This document shows positions 41,204-54,694 of a DNA stretch of 64,000 bases, piece by piece. This stretch comes from Paraspadella gotoi. Its lineage: Eukaryota > Animalia > Chaetognatha. The notes under the pieces were generated by a model, which did not search any database, had not been told where the DNA came from, and saw nothing but the letters and a program-made list of their open reading frames with translations. Numbering within the stretch: position 1 is the stretch's first letter; each line of letters opens with the position of its first letter. The stretch covers positions 22,656,833-22,720,832 of the forward strand of contig CM119263.1 of assembly GCA_051294375.1 (NCBI GenBank), given 5' to 3'. A program made the position numbers and the translations under genes.

Positions 41204-41489
41204 GTGAAGAAAAAAAAAAGGGAGAAAAAAGAAAATTTTAAGAGAAAAAGAAAAGGAAGTCGTTGCTCTTTTTTTTTATTTCTCGCAATCTTAGGCGCCA
41301 TTTACTCGTTTCACTCAATTTCGAGTCCATTCCTTCCTCTCTGTTCATTGTTCCTTTATATTTGCTATAACAATACTACTTTTTGTCTATCTTTTATGAA
41401 AACATCAGGGTTTTTCCTTCTCTTTCCCTTTAATCCCAAAGCTTTTCCTTCAGATTTTCCACTTTCTCACATCACAACTCCTTCAACTC

Positions 41490-41832
41490 TATCAATCCAA
41501 CCCTACTCGCCATTTACCCCCCTCACCCCATCTAAACCCCCACCACAACTTTTCCTCCCACCATCTTACCCACCCCAACCTCACTCACATATCCTTAACC
41601 CCCACCCCACCTCATCTCACCACTCTATCTTACACCTCCATCTCTCACTCACCACCAATCTTAATAGTCCCCACCCCATCTCACCACCAATCTTAACCTA
41701 TTACCCAATCCTCACTCACCTTTAGTTCCAGTTGTTTCAACCTCACCACCTCTAACCTCACTCACACCTTCACTGGTGTGTAGTCTCACCCCAACCTTTA
41801 TCCACCCCATCTTAACTCACCCCAACCTCACT
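41490..41832. repeat. C/A-rich low-complexity degenerate repeat (CACCCCATCT/CTCACC-like)
   Basis: Almost G-free plus strand with recurring CACCCCA units. Confidence 0.7.
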
Positions 41833-44360
41833 CATGCGCACCTCGAATCGTCTGAGTTAGATAGTTTGCTGTCTCTCAAGATCTCTCCTCGATCGTTCGT
41901 CGCCAAAGATAAGATAGAGTAAAGAAATCTGCTCGGAATTTCTTCGTTTGGCGGACAATGATAGTTGGTACCGAGGTATTCTATGTCCAGTGGGAGAAAG
42001 AAAGAGGGCCGCCGCGGTCGCGCTCGCGCTCTGCGCCCGCTGCCTCCATGCGGCCTCATCTCCCATTATGTTATAAAGCTACCCTAATCAAATGCATACT
42101 CAAGGCGACGACCCATCTTACCTCCTAAGGACTCTCTAAACCCTGACTCTACTTTGTAGAGACATCTACGGCTCGTCTACGTCCTCTAGAATGAGAATGC
42201 GTCACTTAGTCGCAAGTAGTCTGACAAAAGAATCTCATACGCCGTAGAAACTGAAGCTCGGAGAAGACTCATAAGAAGAATAATGCTGCGGAACAAAATG
42301 TAAATAAATGTAATAAATGTAGGATCAAGCGAATCAAATCATGAAGAACATCAAATCGTGGAATCGTAGGAGAATCATAAAATCGTCTAGAGAAATTCTT
42401 CAAGCTAAAAACCGTCGTTTTACAGTAAAACTAGAAACGGTCGAACCGGTTTCTTCCATGAAAGGTATCCAATGACTAACGTCTTGTCTAAGCCTGTCCA
42501 GTAAAGTTTAGAGAGGGAGAGAGAGAAAGAGAGAGAGGGAAGAGAGAGAGAGGAGATAAGAGTCGGATTTCTGTCCTTGTCCGGCATCGAATCGGTCAAT
42601 CGTCGAACGGCCGTATCTTCTCTTCGTCTTCTCCGCGGGCCCCGGCCTTTTCTCTTCACCCCCGCCTCGGCTCTGGCTCTAGACCTAAGCAGACCCCTTA
42701 ATGGCCACGCAGGAACCGACGGTTCAACGAACATACCAAAAAATTCCTCTCTCTCATGGTCTCACTGTTTCGGATGGGGTCATCTCCNNNNNNNNNNNNN
42801 NNNNNNNNNNNNAAGAAAGAAAGAAAGAAAGAAAGAATGAAAGAAAGAAAAAGATAAATTAGGATATTCAAGTCAGTTTCACTGTTTTCGATTTTAATCT
42901 CTGAATTCCACGTCGCCATTTTTCTTTTGTCCCTTTCCAGCCTCCCGGCGCGAACGCGGTCGGCGAGCGGCGCCTTTCCTCACGCGTGGCGCCGCCTCTT
43001 CGTGGCGCTGCACGAAGACGCGAAACTCACTTGCCACGCCCCTCCGGCCACGCCGTCGTTGCCATGGATACGAGAAAACGGAGTCGACGGGGTCGAGGTT
43101 TTGTCCTATGACGGCGTCTCCGGCGTCGGCGACGGAGGACGAAGCGAAAAAAGGTGAGACGAAAAAAAAAATTAAAAAAATTGACGTGATCCTCGAAAAA
43201 CCTTTTTCGATATAAACTAGCAAAAAAATGTACACAAACCCTAATACGCCTCTACGATTTGACCTTTGACCTTTTCGATCGTTTACTCGCGGAATATACG
43301 CCATCTTCTTCTTCCGTGTTGACGCTCCTCTTGAATTCTTAATCCCAGGATTTTCTTCGGTCCCAGTTTTGTCCTCAAATCCTCCCATTTTCTTTCCCCA
43401 TTTTTTTCCTCCTTCTACTTGTTTTGGCCATCCAATTTTTTTTTCTCCCCTTCTTATTTTTTCGCTTTTTTTCTTACCTCTTTGTTTTCCCCGGTTTTTT
43501 TTTTCTGTTTTCTCCAAAACAACTGGCTGTTGAGTTTCTCCCGTGGTACGATCAAACAGTGGAAAAAATGACATTGAAATCAAACAAGGTTTCTTTCTAC
43601 CGAAGGGAAAGGATCCAGTTTTACAATGTTAACATTGAGGAACGTTTCACACGACGGGGCGTCCAAACACTAACCTCAAATACCAGCACGACTTCCATTA
43701 CGATCCTCCTCCGCCTCGCCCTCACTCCCCGCCCCTCGAAAAAAAACCCCAGGGGTCCTGACAATGGGGTCCTCCTGACCCGTTTTTTTTTCTCCTCCGG
43801 CCCCGGCATCTAATCTGGCCCAGGGATCCCGAGAGAGAAATTCTCTCTCCCTCATAACCGGGAACCATTAAAGGAAATGTTTTTCCTCACAAAACGATAT
43901 GTCCTCCTCATAAAACCATTTATGATCTCTTCGTCTGAGAGACGGGGGGCAGTGAGGGGGTGTGGAAGATCCGTGGATCCGCGACTTAATTGAAATCGCA
44001 TCTTTTTAATTTATACATCATCCTTTGTCCGATCATCGGTTAAGCAGAGCGAGGAAAAAGAATGGACCGGACGGAGAGACGGACTGTCGAAAGAGAGAGA
44101 GAGAGAGAGAAAGTCCGGCGGGATAATTTATACGAGTCGCGAAACGAAGAGCGAGGGGAGATAGAGACAGAGTCGAGGTAAGGGAAGGTATATAAGGACA
44201 AAGGAGGCCCGCGAGATGGGCGAGATAAAAATGGAACGTAATGCGCGGATAACCGGAAACGCCATTAACGAATTATTCTCTCTTTTCGTCCGCGAATTAT
44301 TTACTTCCATTATCGCCTCCGTTCTGGGAGGTTAACGGTTTCTCGATGCTTCAAAACTAG

Positions 44361-44882
44361 CGACGACGACGATGACGATAAAAACGATGACAACAACAAC
44401 GACGCGACCAAGTTCNNNNNNNNNNNNNNNNNNNNNNNNNNNNNNNNNNNNNNNNNNNNNNNNNNNNNNNNNNNNNNNNNNNNNNNNNNNNNNNNNNNNN
44501 NNNNNNNNNNNNNNNNNNNNNNNNNNNNNNNNNNNNNNNNNNNNNNNNNNNNNNNNNNNNNNNNNNNNNNNNNNNNNNNNNNNNNNNNNNNNNNNNNNNN
44601 NNNNNNNNNNNNNNNNNNNNNNNNNNNNNNNNNNNNNNNNNNNNNNNNNNNNNNNNNNNNNNNNNNNNNNNNNNNNNNNNNNNGCCGCCTCGAACGCGGA
44701 ATCCCGGCGCCGCGGGGCGTCGCACGTGGAACCGCGTGACAAATACGCCTTCGAGAAATCCACGGGGGCGGAGAGATACGAGGGCGGCGGCGCGGGCGTC
44801 GGTGGGGGCGTTGGAGCGCGGGGTGGCGGCGAGGACATCGTCTTTACCATGATCATCCGCGACGCCCACATGGACGATGCAG
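44361..44882 (+). CDS. Exon(s) of the Ig-domain gene: acidic stretch, N gap, then Ig D-E-F strands
   Basis: TAG|C GAC GAC.. gives (S)DDDDDDKNDDNNNDATKF. After the gap it reads ..RDKYAFEKSTG..(Gly-rich)..EDIVFTMIIRDAHMDDAG, a canonical Ig motif (L/M-x-I-x5-D-x-G), ending at CAG|GTGGGA (phase 1). Confidence 0.7.
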
Positions 44883-45371
44883 GTGGGAATAAGTCCGAGA
44901 ACGAGATTGATCACATGAGAGAAGGTGGGGGGAGTTGGGGAAGAGCGCCTAGGTGGGTGGGTAGGGGGTTAAGTGTGGGGAAAAGGGGTCAACCTTATTT
45001 GGGTCAAAATTTTAGAGCGAAGGGCGAGAAGAAAGAGAAGAAAGAGAAGAAAGAGAAGAAAGAGAAGAAAGAGAAGATTGTTCGAAAGAAGAAGAAGAAA
45101 AAAAGGAAATATATATTCGCACCTCATTAACTCGGATGAGTCGCGAATAATTTTTAGAGGCGAAAGAAAAGTAAGAAACGAGAAAATCCTTTTTATGCCG
45201 TCCGTCTGTCCGTCGATCCATCTCTCTCCGAAGCTCTTCCTTCCCCCGGTCGCTCCATCCGTCCGTACATCCGATTCGTCCATCAGTGAAGGGACCGGGA
45301 GAATATTATTCGCGTCATTCCTTCCTGAGAATCGGAGCGAAAGAGAGAGGGTCGGACTGACTCTGTCTAAC

Positions 45372-45407
<36 letters not shown>

Positions 45408-46264
45408 NNNNNNNNNNNNNNNNNNNNNNNNNNNNNNNNNNNNNNNNNNNNNNNNNNNNNNNNNNNNNNNNNNNNNNNNNNNNNNNNNNNNNNNNNNNNN
45501 NNNNNNNNNNNNNNNNNNNNNNNNNNNNNNNNNNNNNNNNNNNNNNNNNNNNNNNNNNNNNNNNNNNNNNNNNNNNNNNNNNNNNNNNNNNNNNNNNNNN
45601 NNNNNNNNNNNNNNNNNNNNNNNNNNNNNNNNNNNAACAGAGGGGGAGGAATTATGGAAAAGGGCGATTGCTATGGAGAAGCAGAAGATTGTCGATTGTC
45701 GAAGGGAGCGAGTAAATTGAGAAAGAGAGGGAGAAAATGAATGAATGAATGAATGAATGAATGAATGAATGAATGAATGAATAAACGGATACGGCCCTAG
45801 GCACGCTACTTGCGGCCTATATGACCTTTTAGTCACATTAAAAAGTTCTAATTACGGTCAAGAAAAAGACCATATTTGCCACATAGTTTTTTTTGTATAG
45901 AGAGTAAACAAAATACTCGTAAATTATGTACACAATTGCCGACTATGATTCTGCACAAGAAAACCCGTATTAAAATTCTGTTTGACATCGGGTTAGGGGG
46001 AGAGGATGAGAGAGAGAGAGAGAGAGCAGAGAGAGAGAGAGGGAGGGAGGGAGGGGGGAGATAGGTTCAAAAAGCGAAGTGGCAGAACGACGGAATTCAA
46101 CTCCGCGCTCTCTTTCCTTCTAATTAGGAAAAAAAGTCTTAATTTTCGGACAGAGTTCAAAAAAAATTGAGGAAAAAAAAGGAAAGTGGGTTCCGCCCGC
46201 CAGTTAACCCCGATTAGAACCCGAGCTTCATCTCCCAAAAAGACTTGATGAGAGTGACGACTGT

Positions 46265-46510
46265 AGGAAAAAGAAAAAGAAAAAAAGAAAGAAAGAAAAG
46301 AAAGAAAGAAAAGAAAGAAAAGAAAGAAAGAAAGAAAAGAAAGGAAAGATAAGAAGGAAAAGAAAGAAGGGAAAGAAAGAAGGAAAGAAAGAAGAAAGAA
46401 AGAAGAAAGAGGAGAACAAAACGAGAGGAAAAAAAAGAAAGAAAGAAAAGAAAAGAAAGGAAAGAAAGATAAGAAAGAAAATAAAGAAAGAAAGAAAGAA
46501 AGAGAAAAAA
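46265..46510. repeat. (GAAA)n purine-rich microsatellite
   Basis: Seen directly; duplicated at ~56870-57118. Confidence 0.9.
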
Positions 46511-46585
46511 ACAGTATATAGAGGAATCACAGAAGTGACAGAGCGAACATTATCTTTATCCTTGATTCCAACTACTGGTTCTCAG

Positions 46586-46686
46586 GCGTTATCGATGGCG
46601 GGCGAATTCGTTCGTGTGGTCAGCCGTCATCAAAGAACCGACTTGCTTCAGTCGTCGTCGTCGTTCGACGCCACCATATCTTCAAG
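46586..46686 (+). CDS. Ig-domain exon (F-G strands), apparently with small indel errors
   Basis: After TCTCAG, two overlapping frames give G-(V/R)-Y-R-[W, expected C]-R-A-N-S-F-V then G-Q-P-S-S-K-N-R-L-A-S-V-V-V-V-V-R-R-H-H-I-F-K, completing DxGxYxC from the previous exon. The donor reads GGGAGT where GTGAGT is expected. Copy at 57193-57293. Confidence 0.55.
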
Positions 46687-46904
46687 GGAGTTAATTACTA
46701 GTTAACAAGTTCGGTAAAACTTTGTAACTTTACTCAAAGTTTGTGACATCTTTTTATCGAAATCTCTTTTTATTTTTAAACTTATTCGGACATCCGGTTA
46801 ATCTAGTTTATTCTATTAATCATAAAACGGCCTCTTAGAGATCTGATGTGGGACAACCCTTATTCGAACTGTTTATAAATATGTCCAAGTTACTATTAAA
46901 ACAG

Positions 46905-47026
46905 ATCCGGAGTTCCGACTGGAGCGTCCATCGGCGCCGACGAGGTTGTTGCGGCGACAGAGGGCGAGGAAATCGTCTTCCGCTGCGTCGCCGAGAGTGC
47001 CAACGGAAAGTCTCGGGGATCCCAAG
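46905..47026 (+). CDS. Exon starting the next Ig domain
   Basis: AAACAG acceptor, reading ..IGADEVVAATEGEEIVFRCVAESANGK.. (Ig A'-B strands: EG-x-x-V-x-F-x-C-x-A), and AAG|GTCGGG donor. Copy at 57512-57633. Confidence 0.7.
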
Positions 47027-49149
47027 GTCGGGGTCGCATTTCTCGATATTCTTAAGCCGTGAAAATTTAAATGAATCTTTCACTTAGTTTTTCTTCTTTC
47101 GCCTAATTTGATATTTGCGAGTGTTTACAAAACAAAAACTGAGAGAAATATTAATATTTATTTAAATTAAAGTTTACGCCATCGAGGTAAGAAAGGAAAG
47201 TGCTTGAAACTCGGTAAATACTTTAATGTTATGCCTCCGATAATACTTGTACGTACGCCACTATGAGTTGAGAGAGAGGGAGAGAGAGAGAAGAGAGAGA
47301 GGAGAGAGAGAGAGAGAAGAAGACAGTGAGCAGAGAGAGAAAAGAGAAAAGATCGAGGAGAGAGAAGCATGTGGCGACGGCAAAAGCCTCCAACCGGAGA
47401 CACCCTCGCGCGGGGGGTTTGCTAACTCGATACAAAGAGTCCATCTGGGGAAAATCAAGAACTTTAGAAAAGAACAAGAGAGAGACGGGTAATGAGATGG
47501 AAAAAAGGAAGGGCTCAGAGACAGGAATAACTGAGGGACAATCGGAACGCAGAGGACTCAACCAGCGAGCCCCCCGATCAGGCTCAACCTCGAGGACATA
47601 ACACGCTTAAAGAATTACCATTTTTACTTGAACTGTTGAACCTACTGATTGCTTGAATGTTTTTAAGACACCACATAGGGAACAATGAAAGAAGGTATGA
47701 TATCATCATTCCGTTATCAAACAAGGGCATTCTGGGGAAAGGGAATTTTTAGGCTGAGGCAAGAGTTATTAACATTGAACAATTACCAAATAGCTTATTT
47801 TATTCGATTCTTCAAATATTTCCCATATCAGGTAATTGCGGAATATCAACCACAAATATGAAATAATAAAAACACCTTTACCCGTGCATTAATAAATAGT
47901 CATACCAAATACTATATAGTGGTATAAATATATACTTTTAGTCTGATCTGATGTATTGGTTTAGTATTTAATGCAAGTTCGAACCCTTACAATCCCTAAA
48001 GAAAAATTATTCCGGTTGTTACCACAGATAAACAATCATGATTCAAATCGGGTTTGCCGAATTGAAGCGGTCGACCCGCCCCTCTGACAATTTTAGGATA
48101 ATAAAAAAGCGCGTCCTTTACGCAAGCCCTCCAGCCTTTGATATCATTCGAATTGTTAAAAAGGCCGGTTTATATATGAGATTCAACCAGAATATAAACT
48201 CTGGTTGGCCCAACAAGTCGCACTCTTTTTTAAACTTTTAAATTTATTATTTTTTTTTTTACATTTTCAGTCGTTCGGTCCACAACAGTCGCAGTTCCCC
48301 AGATATTAACAACCGCTATTTATTTATCCTCTTTAATTTTCAATCGATGGAATAGAAATAAGGAACTTTCAATTTGGTGTTTAGATTCAGATTTTCATCG
48401 TAGACCCCTGTAATTTGAAACCAATTTTAATGTAATTCAAGGAAAATAGTGGATACTTATATATTTAATAAAATAATTATCGAAGGCTGCCAGAATTCTG
48501 ACTGAAGGAGGCAAATAGTAAACAATTAATTTATGGAAAATACACTTTGCAATTGTATCGATCATTCTCTTTCGTTCATTTAGTTTTAGTTATTTATTCC
48601 TTCCCTTTCGTCAGGCCGGAGGTTCCCCCGTGCAGCCGTCCCTTCCACAGTGGAATACTCCGACAAACTCACACCTTTACTTCAACAACAATCGAGTGAA
48701 CGGACTGCGAACCACGAGCGCAAACAGGCCAAATCTACCGAAGCTGCGTGAGGTGGCGCTGCCGTTCCAGATCACAACAGATAAGCAATCCAATGTCGCG
48801 TTCATAGCGATCCCTTGTGCCGAGGCCGCTGCCACTCTCGCGCTGGCTCATTTCGGCTTTTTTATGAAAGATATGTTAAAAAAAAATAATAGTTCTTCAA
48901 AAAATAAAGATAAGAAAACAGAAAGTCATAAGAAATAAAGAAAAGTTAAAAGATTACATTGAATAAAAAGAAAGAAGAAAGAAAGACCCAAGACAAAAGC
49001 CAAAGTAAGAAGTAAAAGAACCTAACCAAGAAAAGGAAAGAAAGAAAAACTAGACAACAAACAAAACCCGAAAGAAGAAAAAAAAAAGAAAAAAATTTAA
49101 CCACCATAGAAAAAAAAAAATACAAGGGAAAATTCAATCAAATGCAAAT

Positions 49150-52100
49150 GCATCATAAAACGTACCGACAGTTGTCCTGCGCGCCTTATGGACTGCCCGC
49201 GCAACGCGACTTCGTGACGCCGATACACGTACGCCTGCGCTGCATCCTCGGCGCGAATCCGATTGACGCCGCTGCGGTAGTCTAATCGCAGTGTAATGAT
49301 CACTTTGAAGAACGATTACAACCAGTGAAATATCTAGAATTTAACCAAGATACACCTTCTTTTAACGAGTGAAAATCCAACAATGATTTAAGATGTTGAT
49401 ATTGATCCTTTGTTACGTTCCGCCTGAATACGTACCTTATTTTTGTTTGGTCATATTGACAGGAAACTCAGACTGTTCCTCGTAAGAACCAGCCTACCGC
49501 CCCACCCGGATCGTTCCAACGACTTTCCCGTGCTGACCCTCGTGGCTCAGGATTAAACTCGCACCTCGTCTTTCCCATACCTTTGCCGAAGTCGAACCAA
49601 GTTTTTTCAACGAAACAAAATTTTCAGTGAGAAATTCAGTATCTTCGTAATAATAGTTAATTAGTTATAGAACCAAAATAAAGCAAAATCGGAACCAAAA
49701 ATAGAATTTATTAATTTTCCCCGAAATCCGTATTCTTAAAAAATCAATTTTTGGCGGTCTCGATGCGGCAAAACAATTAGAAAATAGTAATCAATTTTAA
49801 ACCAATCTTTGAATTAATGAAAAAATATTTTTTTTCCAATTTGAGAATTTTGGGAATTGTAACCCAGTTTTTTTTCATTAATAAAAACATGAATTTGTTT
49901 TGATTTGGGGACAAAAATGATCTTTATTCCTCTGACTGGCGGCGTCCTCCCCATTGACAATTTGACAATTTGACAATTCCCTGACCTTCTTAAAATTACC
50001 CTTGCAAAACTATGAACAAGTGACCTTTACCCGCCTATAGAAAAATATTAACTGCTAGAACATAACAAAGCTCCTAACAGACACCTTTACTAATGGGAGA
50101 TTATTAGGGCAAGCCCCTACTTCAATTGTCAAAGTCAAAAGCTACTTTAAGCAAGGTTAAAATATGTGTTTCTTTTTAAATACTACAAAAGTGGTAAACG
50201 AAAAGCATCTCCAAAAAATTATAAAATAAGTAAAAGACTTAAAATGTATCCAAAATAAAATATGAAGGCAGGCGACTTAAATTCCGAGATACGCTTGGAG
50301 ACAGAAAAAAAGTGCTTCCTAAATTAAAGGTTAAATTTAATTAACAGATTCAGCCAAGTCATATAAATAAATTCCAAGTCGAAAAGATCAGAAACAATGA
50401 TAACATGTCATAAAACTGATATTACAGCCGGTCGACCTCCATTTTCGACGTCGCTGCCTAGCCAGGATCCGTAATCGTAGTTTATGGCAAAAGAGATTCA
50501 TTGCAGCCGTGACGTTAATAGTTTGATTTTTCGGCGCATACAAATACCATTCAGGAATCAACTGGGTCGGGTCTGACAATAAAATGGTGGGAGAAAATTG
50601 TATGGAACCCCGGATCGATGGACACCCAACGAAGGTGGGGGCACAGACCAAAGAATAGAACAGATAAAATAAAAGATAAGAAAAGAAAATGAGAAGAAAC
50701 CCACTAACTAATCTAAAGGAATGTGAACCAAAACGAATCCTCCTCCATAGGATCTGGACCCCGATGGTATTTCATGTTTCATGTAGAAAGTGGAGGAAGC
50801 GATATTTTTAATTTTTTAAAATTCCATAGTCTCGACAAACCGTGATCATACACCTAAACAAATTACCGAAGCGAAGACGGAGGACACTTAATCCGTTAAC
50901 TCGCGCCATATTTTCCGGTATATTCATTTTTTCCTTTGAAAACAATTCTCAAAAAAAGCATACCTACTTACTCAGGTCGTCAGTACTGCCGATTATTTTG
51001 TACTGAGATTATCTTGAATCATGGTTATTAATCCTTATTCCCGGTTTCCAATAATGAGATCAATTAATTAGTTAATTAACAAGAACTACTAAAAGATACG
51101 GAAGACAGCTCCTGGAAGTTTCGAATAAAAAACTGTCCCTTGAACCTCAACCGAAAATGATAATAGTCACAAAGAGTACGCTGGAAATCGAGAAAAATTT
51201 CAGAACGGAAAAAACCAAATGCTTTAAAAAAAATTGTGAAACCCAATTGCATTACAATATTCACAGTTAGATAAAAAGAGAATCATGAAATAGATTAAAG
51301 AATTAAATGGCTGAAAAAAAAAGAAAGTACCTCGACAAATTCTTGCATGGCGAACCTTAAAAACCAACTGGATCTGCAGCGCGACCTCGTTCGCCGGTGG
51401 AGGGACAATCCCGGAGAATCATTCCTATCACAGAGGCTTTGATTAATTATCCGGACACGTTTTCTAAAGGTTTTTATTCAAATTGACGAAGTTTGATAGA
51501 AGAAACTATTCCTTATACCCATATTTCGATTTATCTTACCGTTAACCCACTGTAAATCGAATAACAGCTGTCGCATTCAAGCATTCTTCTCTACTGACCC
51601 GGACGCTCTCAAGATTAATATTCGTGACATGCGGCTCAGACCATCGATGCCGAATACTGACGTGATCACCTAACGCATGAGCATCATATTGGTCAATTTT
51701 TTTCCACCACAGAAAAAAAAAAAATCTTAAAAAAAATGTTAGCTTAATTAACAACACGAATTCAAAAAAATACATAGGAATTTTTTTAATATAGTGCCGA
51801 TTAATGACGAAGTTTGAAATAATTTAATGGACCGGCACATATTTTTTAGTTAACTTCATTAAATGAGAAAAGAAAAGAATCAAAAACAAAGATTAACTTC
51901 AACCATAGAAACATTTGACAAAGGCGTGTTTATTTATACCCAAACCATAATATGCTATAAGAGGCAACTCGCCCTGTACAACGAACTAACTTTGAAAAAC
52001 AATCTTGACACCTGAAGCACATACCTTCACCGAGGAGATTCGTATTCAGCCAGACGGCTCCCTCCATGTGAAGTGACCAGAAAAACGTTGAAGACTAGAA

Positions 52101-52270
52101 CCAAAATTTCGCGCCATCGCCGAACTGACTAAGTACCAAGGGATTCCCTTCTTTTATAGGAAACGTCTTCAGCGTTTCGGCCCGGGACCAAAGTCTCGAG
52201 GTAGGCACGACATTATTGGCAACAAAATGTGTCACTATAGACGTCGTCTACTGCGATGAACTTTTGGAAC
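49150..52270 (-). CDS. Fragments of an unidentified multi-exon gene (frameshifted by read noise)
   Basis: GC-richer blocks bounded by minus-strand splice signals (plus-strand CTTAC at ~50967 and ~51535; CTGACAATAAAA acceptor at ~50574). Peptide-like stretches include LIPEWYLYAPKN, EWLVLVEDIEFP and HEVALRAAHKARE. Second copy at ~59730-62600. Confidence 0.45.
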
Positions 52271-52494
52271 GTTGACTATAATTTGACTGTTGTATTAAGC
52301 GACACAAGACAAACTTTAGACGGAAGGAATGTGAAACTTAATTTGTAAAGGTTAGATATAAAGATCCGTTTTCGTAAGAAAAAGTATAAAAAAATGTTAC
52401 TTTTCTCAATTTTAAGTTCCAGCTAATTCTATCCCTTTTTTCAGAGACACAAAGTGAAAAACTTTTTATTCAGGTAAACTCTTTTCTACAATAG

Positions 52495-54410
52495 TTTTGC
52501 CTTACTCCTTCCCTTCATTCACTTCAGGGGCATAAAAAACCTCCGTTGACCGTGCTTCCGACCCCGCGTTCCGCGCGCGCGATCTCCGCGGATTTCCAAA
52601 CGGCGATCGAGCGGCGCGTTATCGTTCATCAATCCGTCGATTTCTTACGTCTGCCCGACGATCCTTTGCTTGCTCCGATGTTTGTCCGTCAAAACGATAG
52701 CAATCAGTCGTTGTGGGAGAACATCTAAACCGTCGCGGTGAGACGCTATTGCGAACCGCAGGGAGGTTTTTATCATGCTTCTCTCTGCTTGCTTTCTTTC
52801 TCCGTTTTGACTTCTGTGTAATGCTCTTTGTCAACGAGATATTCATTACTTCTGGTTTCCTGCCCCAATATGTCGGCGGCCTTAATAGAAATTCCAAATA
52901 CCAACGTCACATTTTTCACCGGAAACTACGAAGTTTTAATTACCAGTCTTCGAAGGTGACTTTTAGCTCGATCACGATTCGGCAAAGGCGGGGTGACTCC
53001 ACCCTTTCCACACTCTCTAAATCAATCCAGGTTTTATTTTCTTTGGTGTGAAAGGGCCCTCGCATAATAAGTATTCACGATATTGATAAGGTTTAATTTT
53101 GCAGTCATTTTAATGGTCTTATGCTCTACTCAATGACAACTTAACGAGCTGTCTATCAATCGGTTATTAAGACAACGCCCTACCAGATCCTTAAACATGA
53201 CACATTCTCTCCGAGAAACTACTCGTGACCCGATACCGAAACATAGGAATCGACGAAATCAGTTCTTCAAAATAACCTTCAAAAATCATCATGGCATTGT
53301 GAACAAGATCGAGTACGAGAGTTGATTAAAAACATTACGACTTGTAAACAATGCTTTCCGCGAGTTCTTTGATCCGGTAAGCCAAAGGTTTTAAAGCAAG
53401 CAGAAGCCAATTAATTAATATAATTAATATAAACGTTTCAGTAATTAATTATAATTATTTTTTTTCAGACCAATCGAGCGAGAGCACTCAAGATGCCTTG
53501 GTCCTCCGGGCCGCAAAAAACGAAATATTCATATCTTGTTTCTGTTCCCTCTTTGCAACCACACTCTGCATCATTAGTCCCATGAGAACGTTAGAAATTG
53601 AGGTAGAAGATTATGAACCAGTTCATTTATAAATATTTTAAGATAATTTAAGTCCCCCAGAGAGAATAATTTTAAATATTCCAAAAATATGTTTAGCAAT
53701 AGTTGGCTTCTGGATGCTTCATATAACTTAATCTCAGCGCCCAAATGGTCGCACAAGAGCCCCGCTCATCAAAAACTGGCCTCTTTCGAACTCCATCGAT
53801 GTCTTCGACCTAGGAACGGACATCTTCAAGTGCCTCACCGGACAATTCCTCCTCTTGGTGATCTACGTTCCTCTGGGTCTGGCTTAACGTGGGGCCAGCG
53901 CGGTAGGCGCCCCGCCGCATTGTGAAAAAAGACTGCGTACGATCGACACGTCTCGTTCGCCTCCCCGTCGCCGTGTGAAGCTCCTGCCATCAGTAGTGGC
54001 GCCGTAATCGGGCCAAGGAGCGGAGCGACATGCCGCCAGAGCCTTGGCACCGGAAGAGCGACGCGGGGAGATCACGAACGACGAAATTCCGCGTCTCGGA
54101 ACTTGGAAGGTCTGACGAATATCAAAGCAAAGCGAGGACGTACGACGACGATGTTCCGATTCGGAAGACTCGGTCCCGATTTGTACGAAAAATACTTTTC
54201 GAGACCGCGGTGGAAGTTCACTCGGCCGGTCGGAATACCAACTTGGAGTGGGACCGGAATCGACGGGGAAGTAGGAACGGAGCTGGATGCGGAAGAGCGA
54301 GCATTGCCATGGAGGACTGGAAGAGGCGGCAGGAAGTGGATGAGAAAGAGGGACGAGGGCGGACTCTCCGGCCAGCGAAGACGTAAAGGTGGAGAGTTTC
54401 GCCATGGTCA
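52495..54410 (+). CDS. Fragments of an unidentified multi-exon gene (frameshifted by read noise)
   Basis: Clear intron 53377-53468 (CCG|GTAAGC..TTTTCAG) and acceptor TTTTGCAG at ~53104. A consensus of both copies gives YCERGDSCNALC..SCPKC and EQCFPEFFDP. The single-copy part gives RHVSFASP and LEWD..ELDAEERA..MEDWKRRQE. Confidence 0.5.
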
Positions 54411-54694
54411 GGCCACAAAATTTAACGCCTATCTAAAAAGCCTGAGGAACAGAGGTCCACCTTTTCAAATTTTCATAGAATTTGTTATCTTTACTTTTTT
54501 TTTTCTCGAAAAAATACAATGGAAAACGATTGTTGATACGTCTATTTTCTGTTTCCGAAATTAAAATCAACGCGCAAGAAAAAAAATAAACAACCTATTA
54601 GGTTTGAGACCAAAAATGTAACCAGATGACTAGAAGGTAGAAAACAAAGATTAAACAAAAATTGCAAAACTAAAGAACAAAAAGCCTCCCCAAT

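Larger units (their letters stand above)
46065..53710 (+). repeat. Copy 1 of a direct duplication (copy 2 at 56675-64000)
   Basis: Identical ORFs at a constant 10607-bp offset (46835/57442, 47167/57774, 48038/58645). Beyond ~48780 both copies are independently noisy. Confidence 0.95.
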
